DNA of 64,000 nt, taken from NCBI GenBank assembly GCA_965243115.1, contig CBDEUD010000003.1, positions 2,474,200-2,538,199 of the forward strand, read 5' to 3'. This DNA comes from Gammaproteobacteria bacterium. Its GTDB lineage: Bacteria; Pseudomonadota; Gammaproteobacteria; Eutrophobiales; Eutrophobiaceae. The notes beneath the pieces are model-generated. The model searched no databases. It was not told the DNA's origin and saw only the letters and a program-made list of their open reading frames with translations. The position numbers and the translations under genes were made by a program. Positions 41,195 to 50,716 of this stretch are shown in pieces (position 1 is the stretch's first letter; each line of letters starts with the position of its first letter).

Positions 41195-42229
41195 ATGAAA
41201 CTAGGCAAACTACCCAATGCTCTGAAACGTGCGTACCGGGGGTCAGATGTCACCCGTCGAATAAAACATTTCGATGGCTGGAGCGGTCGAGCGGCGCAGG
41301 ATGGCGTCGGAGCGGACAGCTACGACCACAGCGAAACGGTGAAAGAATACTATGAGCTTTGCAACGAGTTCATGGTGTTCGGTTGGAATGAATCCCTGCA
41401 TTTTGCTCCCTTGACGCCCAATGAGACTCTGGAGGACTCCATCATCCGGCATCAGCGGTTGATGATCGCCAACCTGGAGCTGCAACAGGGCATGACAGTT
41501 GTTGATATCGGCTGTGGGATAGGCGGCCCGATGCGCCGCATCGTGCGTGAGTCCGGTGTCCGGGTTGTCGGGGTCAACAACAATGAGGTCCAGATGGAAA
41601 AGGCAAAAATGCTGAATATCGAGGCCGGGGTCGACCACATGGTTGAGTACGTTGCGTGCAGCTTTATGGACATGAGTGTCATCGGAGACAACACTTTCGA
41701 CGCAGGTTATGCAATCGAGTCGACGTGCCATGCGCCGGACAAGGCAGGCGCATTCGCGGAGATATTCCGCGTGCTGAAACCCGGGGCCCTGTTCTGGGGT
41801 CAGGAAATGTGCATGACGGACAAGTTCAATCCGAATGACGCAAGCCACCGGGCCATCCAGCAGGAACTTATGCACTATATTGCGCTGAATGAAATTGCGA
41901 CGCCGGGGGAAGTGAACCAAACGCTTGAAGCGGCGGGCTTCAGCGTCCTCAAAGGGATGGACCTGGGCGTCAGTGAGGATCAATCCACACCCTGGTACCA
42001 ACCCATGGAGACTCAGCATGGAACCCTGGACAAAGCCGTGCGTAGAATTCCATGGGGCCGCAGGGCGCTCATCGTGGCATTGAAGCTGGCCGAAACGGTC
42101 GGACTGTTCCCGAAGGGATCCACGGAAGTAGTCCGGCTCATGGACCGCACGGCACAGGCTTATGTCGCGGGCGGCAGAGCAGCCATATTCACGCCGTTGT
42201 ACTGTTTCCTGGCTCGCAAACCCCTTTAG
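41195..42229 (+). CDS. Sterol 24-C-methyltransferase (ERG6/SMT family)
   Basis: Collinear with yeast ERG6 across the protein: YYELCNEFMVFGWNESLHF (SMT motif I, YEYGWGxSFHF), VVDIGCGIGGP (SAM motif), YAIESTCHAP, VLKPGALF and the C-terminal GGRAAIFTPLYCFLARKP. SD gggagaa before the ATG at 41195. Confidence 0.85.
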   Translation: MKLGKLPNALKRAYRGSDVTRRIKHFDGWSGRAAQDGVGADSYDHSETVKEYYELCNEFMVFGWNESLHFAPLTPNETLEDSIIRHQRLMIANLELQQGMTVVDIGCGIGGPMRRIVRESGVRVVGVNNNEVQMEKAKMLNIEAGVDHMVEYVACSFMDMSVIGDNTFDAGYAIESTCHAPDKAGAFAEIFRVLKPGALFWGQEMCMTDKFNPNDASHRAIQQELMHYIALNEIATPGEVNQTLEAAGFSVLKGMDLGVSEDQSTPWYQPMETQHGTLDKAVRRIPWGRRALIVALKLAETVGLFPKGSTEVVRLMDRTAQAYVAGGRAAIFTPLYCFLARKPL

Positions 42230-42501
42230 ACCCCGATAGGGCCGGTTGGCCCTATACATGACGCCCGGTAGTTTCGGCTGCTATCTCCCTGACTGCACGT
42301 TGCGTAGAGGGGGATGCCGGATAACTGACCCGACGCCATGAGTCCAAAGCACTTGGCTTGATTGAAATTCATTCCATCGAGTGGTATAATGCGCGCGGTC
42401 AACACCTGTTTTTTTATGGCTTCCAATACCCTTGAGATTGAGTTCGGCGCAGGCAAAGGGGCGTTTTCCGATTCCCGGTTTATTAAGTCTAACGCACTGA
42501 A

Positions 42502-44496
42502 ATGATAAGTTTAGTTGACGAACTGGTACTGTTCCTCATCAACGAAGAAAGCGGTTACTTTCACCAGGTTTCAGGCTGGAAACTGCACTGCGCCCTCGCC
42601 GGCGCCGTGCTTGCGGACCTGTCAATGATCTCACGTATCGACACAGACCTGGAGTCTCTTTTTGTTGTCGACTCCACGGAAACAGGCGACCCCGTCCTGG
42701 ATTCCGCCTTGAGGAAAATCGGGGAAGAACCAACGCAACGAAGTACCCAATTCTGGATTGAACGGCTGAGCCCGCGCGCGGAATCGATCATCGATACGAC
42801 TCTGGAACGACTGGCGGAGCGTGGAATAGTGACGGAACATCAAGGCGGGTTTTGGACTATCTCGCGTACTACCTGGCAGACCCATTCCTATTCTTCTGAC
42901 GATGGAGATGAGACGGAGTTCGTCAAGACGCGACTTAGTAAGGTCATTTTCGATAACGAAATCCCTGACCCGAGAGATATTTTCCTCATCTCTCTCATCC
43001 ACACGTGCGATGTCTTTCGCTTTGTCTTCACCCTCGACGAAGCGGCGGAGGAACGTATTGCGGCCATTTCCAGCATGGACGTTCTGGGCCGCGCCATCGC
43101 GGAAGCCATCAGCCAGACCCTTGCAGGTCCGGCGCTGCAACGTGCGATTAAGTCCCGACCGATTCCGACCGTCCCGATACGCGACCTGCTGTTCAGCCCG
43201 CATATCCGCACCGGCAACATATCTGCGCTGTTTGCCGGGCTTGCTGAAAAACACGGGCCCGTGTTCAAGATTAAAGCGCCGTTTATGAAGGAAGACATGG
43301 TAATTCTCGCCGGCCTCGAGGCAAACAAATGGACGCATCGCTCCGGCCGCAACTACCTGAGAGCCAAGGACTATCTTGAAGGTTTCGTGAAGGTCTACGG
43401 CGCCGGGCGGTTGCTGCCCGCGATGGACGGCGCCGACCATTTCCGTTTGCGCAAAACCTATGGTTCGATGAATTCGCGCAAAAAACTTGAAAACCGCCTG
43501 GATGAACTATACGGGCCCGCCCGCGGCTACCTGGCGGGTTGGCAGGTCGGCGACGTCCTGACGGCGGTGGCGACTTTCCCCGAATTGATCAACTCGCAAT
43601 TCTCACCGATCAACATCGGCATCAACACCCAGGACTGTATCAAGGAAGTGATCGAATTCAAGAAGCGGGCGCTCGCCATTCACCTGTTGCGGATGCTGCC
43701 GGAATTCATGCTGTATACCCCGGGCATGAAACGCAGGAAGAAGCACTTTGCCAGGCTGGTCGAGCGGGTGCAGGCTGTGCATACACCAGCCCAGCGGGCG
43801 GGCTGTCCCCGGAATCTTGCGGACGATTTACTGAGCCTGCACGCAAGCGACCCGCAGTTTTTGCCGGAAACGGATTTGCCTTTTGCTTTTGTGTCATCGC
43901 TGCTTGCCGCCTTTTACCTCGGCAGCGCGTTGAGCTTCGCGGTGTACGCCATGGTGTCGCAGCCGGCCCTGTATCGCAGGATACAGGCGGAAGCCGCAAC
44001 GTTCTTTGCCAACGGCGAACCGGTAGGCGAGGAAGTCCAGGAATTCAATTTAGATGTCACCCACCGCCTCATCATGGAGTGCCAGCGTATGTACCCGGTC
44101 GTGCCGATGCAGGTCAGGAACGTAATGAATGCCTTCACGCTCGAAGGATATTCACCTCCTGTAGGAACGCGGCTTTTCATTGCCCAGACAGCCACGCATT
44201 ATATGGATGACGTCTTCCCGGACCCCTTTTCGTTCGATATCGACCGCTACCTCCCGGAACGCAAGGAACAAGTCGGCCACGGCTACGCGCCGTACGGGCT
44301 GGGCACCCACACTTGCCTCGGTCAGAACTGGGTAGAGTTGCAACTGGCGCTTAACCTGCTGCTGATTGCGCACTATTTCAACCTTGAGTTGTCCCCCGAA
44401 AACTACCAGCTGCGTTTCAACCCGATCCCGTCGCTGGCGCCGAGGAAGAGTCTCAAGTTCGTCGTCGCAGAAAAGCGGCGCGAACTGCCTGCCTGA
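42502..44496 (+). CDS. Fusion protein: N-terminal GPP34/GOLPH3-like domain (about 220 aa) + C-terminal cytochrome P450
   Basis: N-terminus MISLVDELVLFLINEESGYF...WKLHCALAGAVLADL matches the GPP34 family pattern (ELLLLALDDE...ALAGAVLAEL). C-terminus has P450 EXXR (ECQR), PERF-like PDPFSFDIDRY and heme ligand YGLGTHTCLG. It is a single 664-aa ORF. Confidence 0.75.
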   Translation: MISLVDELVLFLINEESGYFHQVSGWKLHCALAGAVLADLSMISRIDTDLESLFVVDSTETGDPVLDSALRKIGEEPTQRSTQFWIERLSPRAESIIDTTLERLAERGIVTEHQGGFWTISRTTWQTHSYSSDDGDETEFVKTRLSKVIFDNEIPDPRDIFLISLIHTCDVFRFVFTLDEAAEERIAAISSMDVLGRAIAEAISQTLAGPALQRAIKSRPIPTVPIRDLLFSPHIRTGNISALFAGLAEKHGPVFKIKAPFMKEDMVILAGLEANKWTHRSGRNYLRAKDYLEGFVKVYGAGRLLPAMDGADHFRLRKTYGSMNSRKKLENRLDELYGPARGYLAGWQVGDVLTAVATFPELINSQFSPINIGINTQDCIKEVIEFKKRALAIHLLRMLPEFMLYTPGMKRRKKHFARLVERVQAVHTPAQRAGCPRNLADDLLSLHASDPQFLPETDLPFAFVSSLLAAFYLGSALSFAVYAMVSQPALYRRIQAEAATFFANGEPVGEEVQEFNLDVTHRLIMECQRMYPVVPMQVRNVMNAFTLEGYSPPVGTRLFIAQTATHYMDDVFPDPFSFDIDRYLPERKEQVGHGYAPYGLGTHTCLGQNWVELQLALNLLLIAHYFNLELSPENYQLRFNPIPSLAPRKSLKFVVAEKRRELPA

Positions 44497-44580
44497 GACG
44501 GCAGGGATTCCCTGTCAGCATTTCCCGGGCGCCGGCAGGCAGCGCGGCTGCATTGGTTCCCGCTGGAGAAGCCAAACGCA

Positions 44581-47500
44581 TCAGGTCCCGCGCAGCCGGT
44601 TGACGCGCAGGTAGATTGCCAACAGGGCAGGCACACAGATCATGAGAATCGCTGTCGTAATCAGGATGCCGACCCCAAGCGTGGCCGCGAAGGGGGCCAG
44701 GAACTGGGCCTGGATGGCCCGTTCGAGAATGAGAGGCGTGAAGCCGAGAAAGGTGGTCACGGAGGTCAGCATGATGGGTCGAAAACGTTCCTTTGCGCCA
44801 TCGATAATCGCGCTCCGTGGGGGAGCGCCTTCGCTGAGTCGCTGATCGACGAAATCTATCATTACCAGGGAGTCGTTCACGACGACTCCGCTCAAGCCGA
44901 AGAAGCCGATCATGGACGTCGCGCTCACGGGCACACCCAGCACCCAATGCCCCAGGATCGTGCCGATGATGCCAAACGGAATGATGGCCATGACAATGAT
45001 CGGCTTGCTGTAGGAGCGCAGGGGAATGGCCAGCATGGCAAACATAAACAGCAACACGAGTATAAAACTGCGGAACAGCGCGCCCAGCGATTCAATCTGC
45101 TGTTGCTGTTCACCCCCGTATATGTAGGTCAGGCCGGGATTGGCGGCTGACAGGTCAGCGAGGATGGAATCCGCCAGGATGCTGTTTGCTTCATTAGCGG
45201 AAATCACAGCCGGGTCCACTTCAGCGATCACGGTGACGACGCGCTGGCCGTCCCTGCGCCGAATTTCCGGAGGGGAAAAACCCGTGTTCAAGCGCGCGAC
45301 CTGGGTAAGCGGCACTTCCGCCCCGCCCGGGGTGCGGATCAGGTATGCCTCAACGTCGGTCATGGCGTCGCGTTCATCCTTGGGCAGGCGGACATAGACC
45401 CGGACTTCTTCCCGGTCTCGCTGCACCCGCAGGGCTTCGGCGCCGAAGAATGCCGCGCGTGCTTGCACGGCCAGGTCTTCCAGCGTGAGTCCGAGTGTGC
45501 GCGCCTCCTCCCTCAACTCCAGTTGTATCTCCCTGACACCCGGCGCGTGGTCGGAGCGTATGTCATACACGCCCTCCAGTCCGCGCAATTCGCTGACCAC
45601 CGAACCTGCTATTTGGACGAGACGGTCCGGGTCCGGATGAGAAAGCACCGCCTCAACGGGACTGCCGAAGTCGACGACATCTCCGCTGATGGCAATGCTG
45701 CGCACGTAGGGCAGGATACCCACCTCCTCCCTCCAGGCTTGCGCGACATCTACCGTGGAGATATCTCGTTGCTGCGCGCTCACGAGCTTGAATTCGATGC
45801 CGGCAACGTTGGCTTCAGGGTTCAGCGTGAGTTTCGGTAACAATCCCCCACCCTCAACGCGAGGTTCCCGGCCAACGGTGACGACGACTCCCGAGAGCAG
45901 GGGGGGCGCTCCATCAGCCTGGGTCCCAGAGAACCGGGCAACGACGCGTCGCCCCGCCTTCTCCAGTTCCCTGGCCACCTCGTGCGTCCTGCTCGCGGTA
46001 GTCCCATCCGGCATCTCAAGGCTCGCGTTCACGAAGTCGCCTTCGATCACGTCGGCGTAAGTAGTCATCACGATACCTGCCGGCAACAGGGAGATGCTCA
46101 GGACGAGCATGCCGACCGCGACCGCCATCACCACTGCCGGCTGTTGTGTTGCAAATCGGAGCGATCGGTCCAGAGGTCCTTCCACGAACCTGTTCAATAC
46201 GCGATCAACGTAGCGCTGGGTGCGCCAGAAAAACCGCTCAACCGGACTGGTGGGCGTCCAGTCCGGACCGTGCAGGTGAGAGAGGTGGTTGGGAAGTATG
46301 AAGAAAGCATCGACGAGGGAGATCAACAGCATGGCGATGACGACTATCGGCAGCGCCTTCCATATTTCACCGATGCCCCCGGGCACGAAGAGTACGGGCG
46401 TAAACGCGGCGATGGACGTGAGCACGGCAAACGTCAGGGGCTTCTTGATCCGCCGAACGCCGCGGATTGCGGCCGCGACTCCCGGTATGCCCTGCTGCCG
46501 CTCGTGATGGATGTGCTCGGCCACGACGATGGCGTCGTCGACAATGATACCGATGGCAAGGACGAACACGAACAGGGAGACGTTGTTGAGTGAGAGGTCA
46601 AATGCCAGCATGACGGCCAGGGCGCCGATCCCCGCAGTGGCGAGTCCGACCGCGACCCATAACGCCAGCCGTATTTCGAGGAACAGCGCCAGGGCGATAA
46701 GGACGAGCATGAGCCCCAACGAGCCGTTCTTAAGCAACATGTCGACCCGCTCCGAATAAGTCTGGGTATCGTCGTTCCAGATAGAGATTTCCACGCCTTC
46801 GGGCAGGGATGGCGCAATGACGTTTGCCACGTGTTCGTGCACCGCCGCGGCGACAGCCATCACCGGTTCACCTTCCGCCCGGAAGACCTCGACAAAGGCT
46901 GCCGGCTTACCGTCGTAGCGCACAATCAGGTCATTGTCGCGAAAGCCATCGTGCACTTCTGCAATATCGCTGAGGCGCACCACGGTCCCGTCATTGCGAC
47001 TGAGAACGACAAGATTCTCAAAGTCCTGCTGATCATATCGCCGGCCGAGGGTGCGCACGCGCACTTCGGTATCCCGCGTCTTGATACTGCCGGCCGACAG
47101 GTCGAGGGAACCGCGACGCACCGCGTCGGCGACATCATCCAGTGTGAGTCCCAGGGCGCGCAGACGGCGCAGCGGTACTTCAATCGATATCTCGTAGTCC
47201 GACGTGCCGCTCGTCTCGACGTTCGATACTGCGGGCAGCGCAGCAAGATCATCCTCAATCTGGTAAGCCAGTTCCTTCAGCGATCGCCTTGGGATATCGC
47301 CATACACGACAAGACGGATGATGCTCGTGCGGGTGGACAATTTGGTAATCTCGGGACGCTCGGCCGCGCCGGGAAAGGACTGGATACGGCTGACTGCTGA
47401 CTCTACCTGGTCCAATGCCTGGTCAATATCCGTACCCGACCTCATTTCAACGCTGATGGATGCTATCCCGGGGGCAGCCACCGAGCGAATCGATTTAACG

Positions 47501-47760
47501 TCGTCCAGGGCTTCGACCTGTTCCTCAATCTTGACGACAATCGAATCTTCCACCTCCTCCGGGCTGGCGCCCGGATAGGCCATCGACACTTCAATCATGT
47601 TGAAGGGGATAGGCGGCCAGGCCTCCCGCTCAAGGCCGGTCAGCGATACCAGCCCCGCGGCGATGATGGCCAACATCAACAGGTTGGCGGCAACGCCATT
47701 GCCGGCCATGTAGGCGATCGGTCCCGGCCGTTCGCCGCCGATAAGATCCCTGGAATTCAC
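44581..47760 (-). CDS. Efflux RND transporter permease subunit
   Basis: 1059 aa, 12 TM with two large periplasmic loops, GIIVDDAIVVAEHI motif. ATGA overlap with the upstream adaptor gene. Confidence 0.9.
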   Translation of the reverse strand: MNSRDLIGGERPGPIAYMAGNGVAANLLMLAIIAAGLVSLTGLEREAWPPIPFNMIEVSMAYPGASPEEVEDSIVVKIEEQVEALDDVKSIRSVAAPGIASISVEMRSGTDIDQALDQVESAVSRIQSFPGAAERPEITKLSTRTSIIRLVVYGDIPRRSLKELAYQIEDDLAALPAVSNVETSGTSDYEISIEVPLRRLRALGLTLDDVADAVRRGSLDLSAGSIKTRDTEVRVRTLGRRYDQQDFENLVVLSRNDGTVVRLSDIAEVHDGFRDNDLIVRYDGKPAAFVEVFRAEGEPVMAVAAAVHEHVANVIAPSLPEGVEISIWNDDTQTYSERVDMLLKNGSLGLMLVLIALALFLEIRLALWVAVGLATAGIGALAVMLAFDLSLNNVSLFVFVLAIGIIVDDAIVVAEHIHHERQQGIPGVAAAIRGVRRIKKPLTFAVLTSIAAFTPVLFVPGGIGEIWKALPIVVIAMLLISLVDAFFILPNHLSHLHGPDWTPTSPVERFFWRTQRYVDRVLNRFVEGPLDRSLRFATQQPAVVMAVAVGMLVLSISLLPAGIVMTTYADVIEGDFVNASLEMPDGTTASRTHEVARELEKAGRRVVARFSGTQADGAPPLLSGVVVTVGREPRVEGGGLLPKLTLNPEANVAGIEFKLVSAQQRDISTVDVAQAWREEVGILPYVRSIAISGDVVDFGSPVEAVLSHPDPDRLVQIAGSVVSELRGLEGVYDIRSDHAPGVREIQLELREEARTLGLTLEDLAVQARAAFFGAEALRVQRDREEVRVYVRLPKDERDAMTDVEAYLIRTPGGAEVPLTQVARLNTGFSPPEIRRRDGQRVVTVIAEVDPAVISANEANSILADSILADLSAANPGLTYIYGGEQQQQIESLGALFRSFILVLLFMFAMLAIPLRSYSKPIIVMAIIPFGIIGTILGHWVLGVPVSATSMIGFFGLSGVVVNDSLVMIDFVDQRLSEGAPPRSAIIDGAKERFRPIMLTSVTTFLGFTPLILERAIQAQFLAPFAATLGVGILITTAILMICVPALLAIYLRVNRLRGT

Positions 47761-48971
47761 TTTACCGGGCCAGCCTTGGTGCTGACCAGCATGTCTTCCA
47801 CGGCAAACTGGATACCGCCGGTGATTACCGCCTGCCCGCTTTCCAGGCCGCCGGTCACGAATACCTCGTCATCGGCGCGCTGCAGCACCTGTACCGGGAC
47901 GATACCTACCCTGCCGCCGGGGTTCACCACCCACAGTTCATTGCCGGGCTGCAATGCGGCGCGCGGCGCCCGGAAGTAATTCTCCGGCGCAGCTCCCGTA
48001 ATCTCCACCTCCACGAACTCACCCAGCAACAGCGGCGGACCGGCGCCGGCCGCGGCGGAAACGCCAACCGGGATGCCGGCGCTGAACGGATCCGGCACGC
48101 GTACCACCACGTCTATGGTACGCGTCAGTTCATCTACGGAGGTCTCGCCCCGGTCAACATAGCCTTTCCAGGCATATTTCCCTGCGCCGTAACGGACCGC
48201 CACCAGCGCCTGCACCCGCTGCTCCCCGTCGCCCGCCTGAAGTTCCCACAAGCCGGGGATCAGGGCCGCATCGCTGTCGGACAGGGGCACGACCACTTCC
48301 ACGGCAGCGGATGCAAACAGCCGGCCGACGGTCTGGCCCGCCATCACGATCTGCCCGGCGTCCACGGATTCCTCGCGCACATGGCCGTCGAAGGGCGCAG
48401 CCACCCGGGTCCTGGACAGCGCCAGCCTGGCGTCGGCCAGCAGGGCTTCGGCGCGTTTCAGTTCGGCGCGCGCGGCTTCCAGTTGCGGTTCTCTCAGGGT
48501 AAGGGGACTGACACCGGCCTGACCGGCCCCATCCCCCTGCCGGCCGGAGTAACGTTCGTACTCGGCGCGGGCGATGGCCGCCTGTTCCTGTTCCTCCAGC
48601 AAGGCCACCTTGCGCGCCGCGAGATTGGCCTCCGCTTCCTGTACCCGGTACAGGTAGTCCGCTTCTTCGATACGGAACAGCGTCTGGCCCGCGTGTACCC
48701 GTCCTCCGCTCTGGAACCCGGCGTCCACCCAGACGATCCTGCCGCCGACCTGCGGCGCGACATCGACCTCGGCGCCCGCCCTGACCGTGCCGGCGCCATA
48801 TACCGGGATGGCGCCTGAACCTGCCAGCACCGTTCCGGTCTGCGCATACGGGATTTGCGGTGGCGGTTCGACGCGCTCCGGTTCCGGCGCACGTGAAACC
48901 AGGAAAGACGCCAAAGCCACGGAACCGGCGATAATGACAACGGCGATGAGGAAACTGGATATGCGGGACAT
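47757..48971 (-). CDS. Efflux RND transporter periplasmic adaptor (membrane fusion protein)
   Basis: N-terminal TM anchor, coiled-coil hairpin, and lipoyl/beta-barrel domains. Position between the OMF and the RND permease. Confidence 0.85.
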   Translation of the reverse strand: MSRISSFLIAVVIIAGSVALASFLVSRAPEPERVEPPPQIPYAQTGTVLAGSGAIPVYGAGTVRAGAEVDVAPQVGGRIVWVDAGFQSGGRVHAGQTLFRIEEADYLYRVQEAEANLAARKVALLEEQEQAAIARAEYERYSGRQGDGAGQAGVSPLTLREPQLEAARAELKRAEALLADARLALSRTRVAAPFDGHVREESVDAGQIVMAGQTVGRLFASAAVEVVVPLSDSDAALIPGLWELQAGDGEQRVQALVAVRYGAGKYAWKGYVDRGETSVDELTRTIDVVVRVPDPFSAGIPVGVSAAAGAGPPLLLGEFVEVEITGAAPENYFRAPRAALQPGNELWVVNPGGRVGIVPVQVLQRADDEVFVTGGLESGQAVITGGIQFAVEDMLVSTKAGPVK

Positions 48972-48977
48972 GTGGGT

Positions 48978-50558
48978 CTACTCCGTGGTGTTGGCAAGCA
49001 TACGCTCAGGTTCTGTATGGGTTGCGTTACTCTGCTTGGCAGCACCCCGGTCCCGGGCGGTCCACGCGCCTCCCAGGGCGCGGTGCAACGCCAGACGGGC
49101 GTAACCCAGGTCGCGCTCCGCCGCCGCCAGGCCGGATTGCGCACCCAGCAGGTTTTGCGCCGCGGTCAGGAAAGCTTCATATTCGCCCACGCCGGAAACA
49201 TAGCGCTGCTCCTGCAACGCGTTTTCAGCCTCGGCCTCTTCTGCCAGCGAGGCCAGCAGGGAATGGCGGCGGTGGCTGGCCTCCAGCCGCGCCAGGGCGG
49301 CCTCAACCTCCTTGACCGCAGTAACGACGCTGCGCCCGTAGGCGGCGGCGGCCTCGTCCAGCCTGGCCTCGGCGAGTTCGACATTGCTGCGCAACCGTGC
49401 TCCCTGGAATACCGGACCCAGCAGGTTGAAGCTCAGGTTGCGGAACCATTGGTCCGGGTCGAACCATTCACCGCCTTCCGTGCTCTGCAATCCGATGGAA
49501 CCGTACAGGGACAGGCTCGGAAACATATCGGCGCGGCGGGCGCCGACCGTGTAGCGCGCCGCTTGCATCCGCTTTCTTGCCGCGCTGACATCCGGACGCT
49601 GGACCAGCAGGTCGGCCGGAATACCGGCCGGTACCGGTTCCAAGGCAGCGGCAGGAGTCAGGGTATCGGGCAGCATGTCCTTGAGATCCGAACGGTAACC
49701 ACCCAGGAGCACCCAGAGTCTGCCCTGCGCATCCGCCAGCAGCGCTTCAATCTGCGGCAGCTCGGCTTGCGCGTTACGCAGGTTCTGGCGGGCAGAGTAG
49801 AGAGCGAGCGTGTCGATCCGGCCCCGGTCGTAACGAAATTCCGCCAGCGACTCGCGTTGCTTGAAAATTTCCACGTTTTCGCCTGCCAGCTTCTGCTGCC
49901 GGCGCAAATCGACGATTTCCAGGTAGGTCCGCACGGTTTCCGCCAGCACCCCCATGCGGGCAGTCAGGAAATCCGCTTCGGAAGCCGACCGCTCCGCCCC
50001 CGCGGCAAGCGCATCGTTGCGGTTGCGGCCCCAGAAATCGAGTTCGTAGGAAAAGTCCACTCCCAGGGTGTAGGTAGTCAGGTCAAGCCGGTCCGGCAGT
50101 TCGATGCCGAAGTCGCTGTACACGTCGGGACCCAGCCCCACCTCATCCAGTTGCGCGGCGATGCCGGCGTTGGTCGGTACATCAATGTCGGTGATGTCAG
50201 CCGAAGGCTGCAGCAAGGGAAACGCCGGGGCCTTGACGATGCGTTCCCGCGCCCTGGCCTGGTCGACACGGGCAACCGCTTCGGCCAGGTCGAAGTTCGA
50301 TTCCAGCGCCGTCTCGATCACACGGTCGAGAACCGGATCGGCGAACGACTTCCACCACTCCAGCGGCTCGTATGCCCCGCCGGTTTCACTTCCGGCGTAC
50401 GCGTCAGGCAGGTCCGCAAACGTTTCGTCAGCTTCGGGAGCCAGGTCGATGAGGTTCGTTTTCAGGGCGCAGGCGGAAAAGAGGCAGCAGGCGACGACAG
50501 CAAACAGCATCACCGGAACCCGCCTGGATAAGGTCGACCTGACTGACACCTGTCTCAT
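48978..50558 (-). CDS. Efflux outer-membrane factor lipoprotein (NodT/OprM family)
   Basis: Lipobox LFSAC, two TolC-like repeats, 526 aa. First gene of an OMF-MFP-RND operon (CzcCBA-like order). Confidence 0.85.
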   Translation of the reverse strand: MRQVSVRSTLSRRVPVMLFAVVACCLFSACALKTNLIDLAPEADETFADLPDAYAGSETGGAYEPLEWWKSFADPVLDRVIETALESNFDLAEAVARVDQARARERIVKAPAFPLLQPSADITDIDVPTNAGIAAQLDEVGLGPDVYSDFGIELPDRLDLTTYTLGVDFSYELDFWGRNRNDALAAGAERSASEADFLTARMGVLAETVRTYLEIVDLRRQQKLAGENVEIFKQRESLAEFRYDRGRIDTLALYSARQNLRNAQAELPQIEALLADAQGRLWVLLGGYRSDLKDMLPDTLTPAAALEPVPAGIPADLLVQRPDVSAARKRMQAARYTVGARRADMFPSLSLYGSIGLQSTEGGEWFDPDQWFRNLSFNLLGPVFQGARLRSNVELAEARLDEAAAAYGRSVVTAVKEVEAALARLEASHRRHSLLASLAEEAEAENALQEQRYVSGVGEYEAFLTAAQNLLGAQSGLAAAERDLGYARLALHRALGGAWTARDRGAAKQSNATHTEPERMLANTTE

Positions 50559-50641
50559 CTTGTTTAGCCCTGTCGGTTAGACTCCCCTGGAAGGGTGCCG
50601 ATTATACCATACTCCTGATTTTCAAGTAGAATGTCGGGAAT

Positions 50642-50699
50642 AATGGGGTCAGGTCGCACATTGCACATATCAATGTGCAATGTGCGACCTGACCCCATT
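50642..50699. repeat. REP-like palindromic element, family 1, copy 2 (short 6-bp spacer)
   Basis: AATGGGGTCAGGTCGCACATTGCACA-tatcaa-TGTGCAATGTGCGACCTGACCCCATT. Confidence 0.8.
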
Positions 50700-50716
50700 A
50701 TTCAACAATAACAACC

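Noticed and set aside
44497-44520. Palindrome CAGGGATTCCCTG right after the P450 stop, as a possible terminator
   Set aside because: The stem is only about 4-5 bp with a minimal loop and no T-tract, too weak to call.
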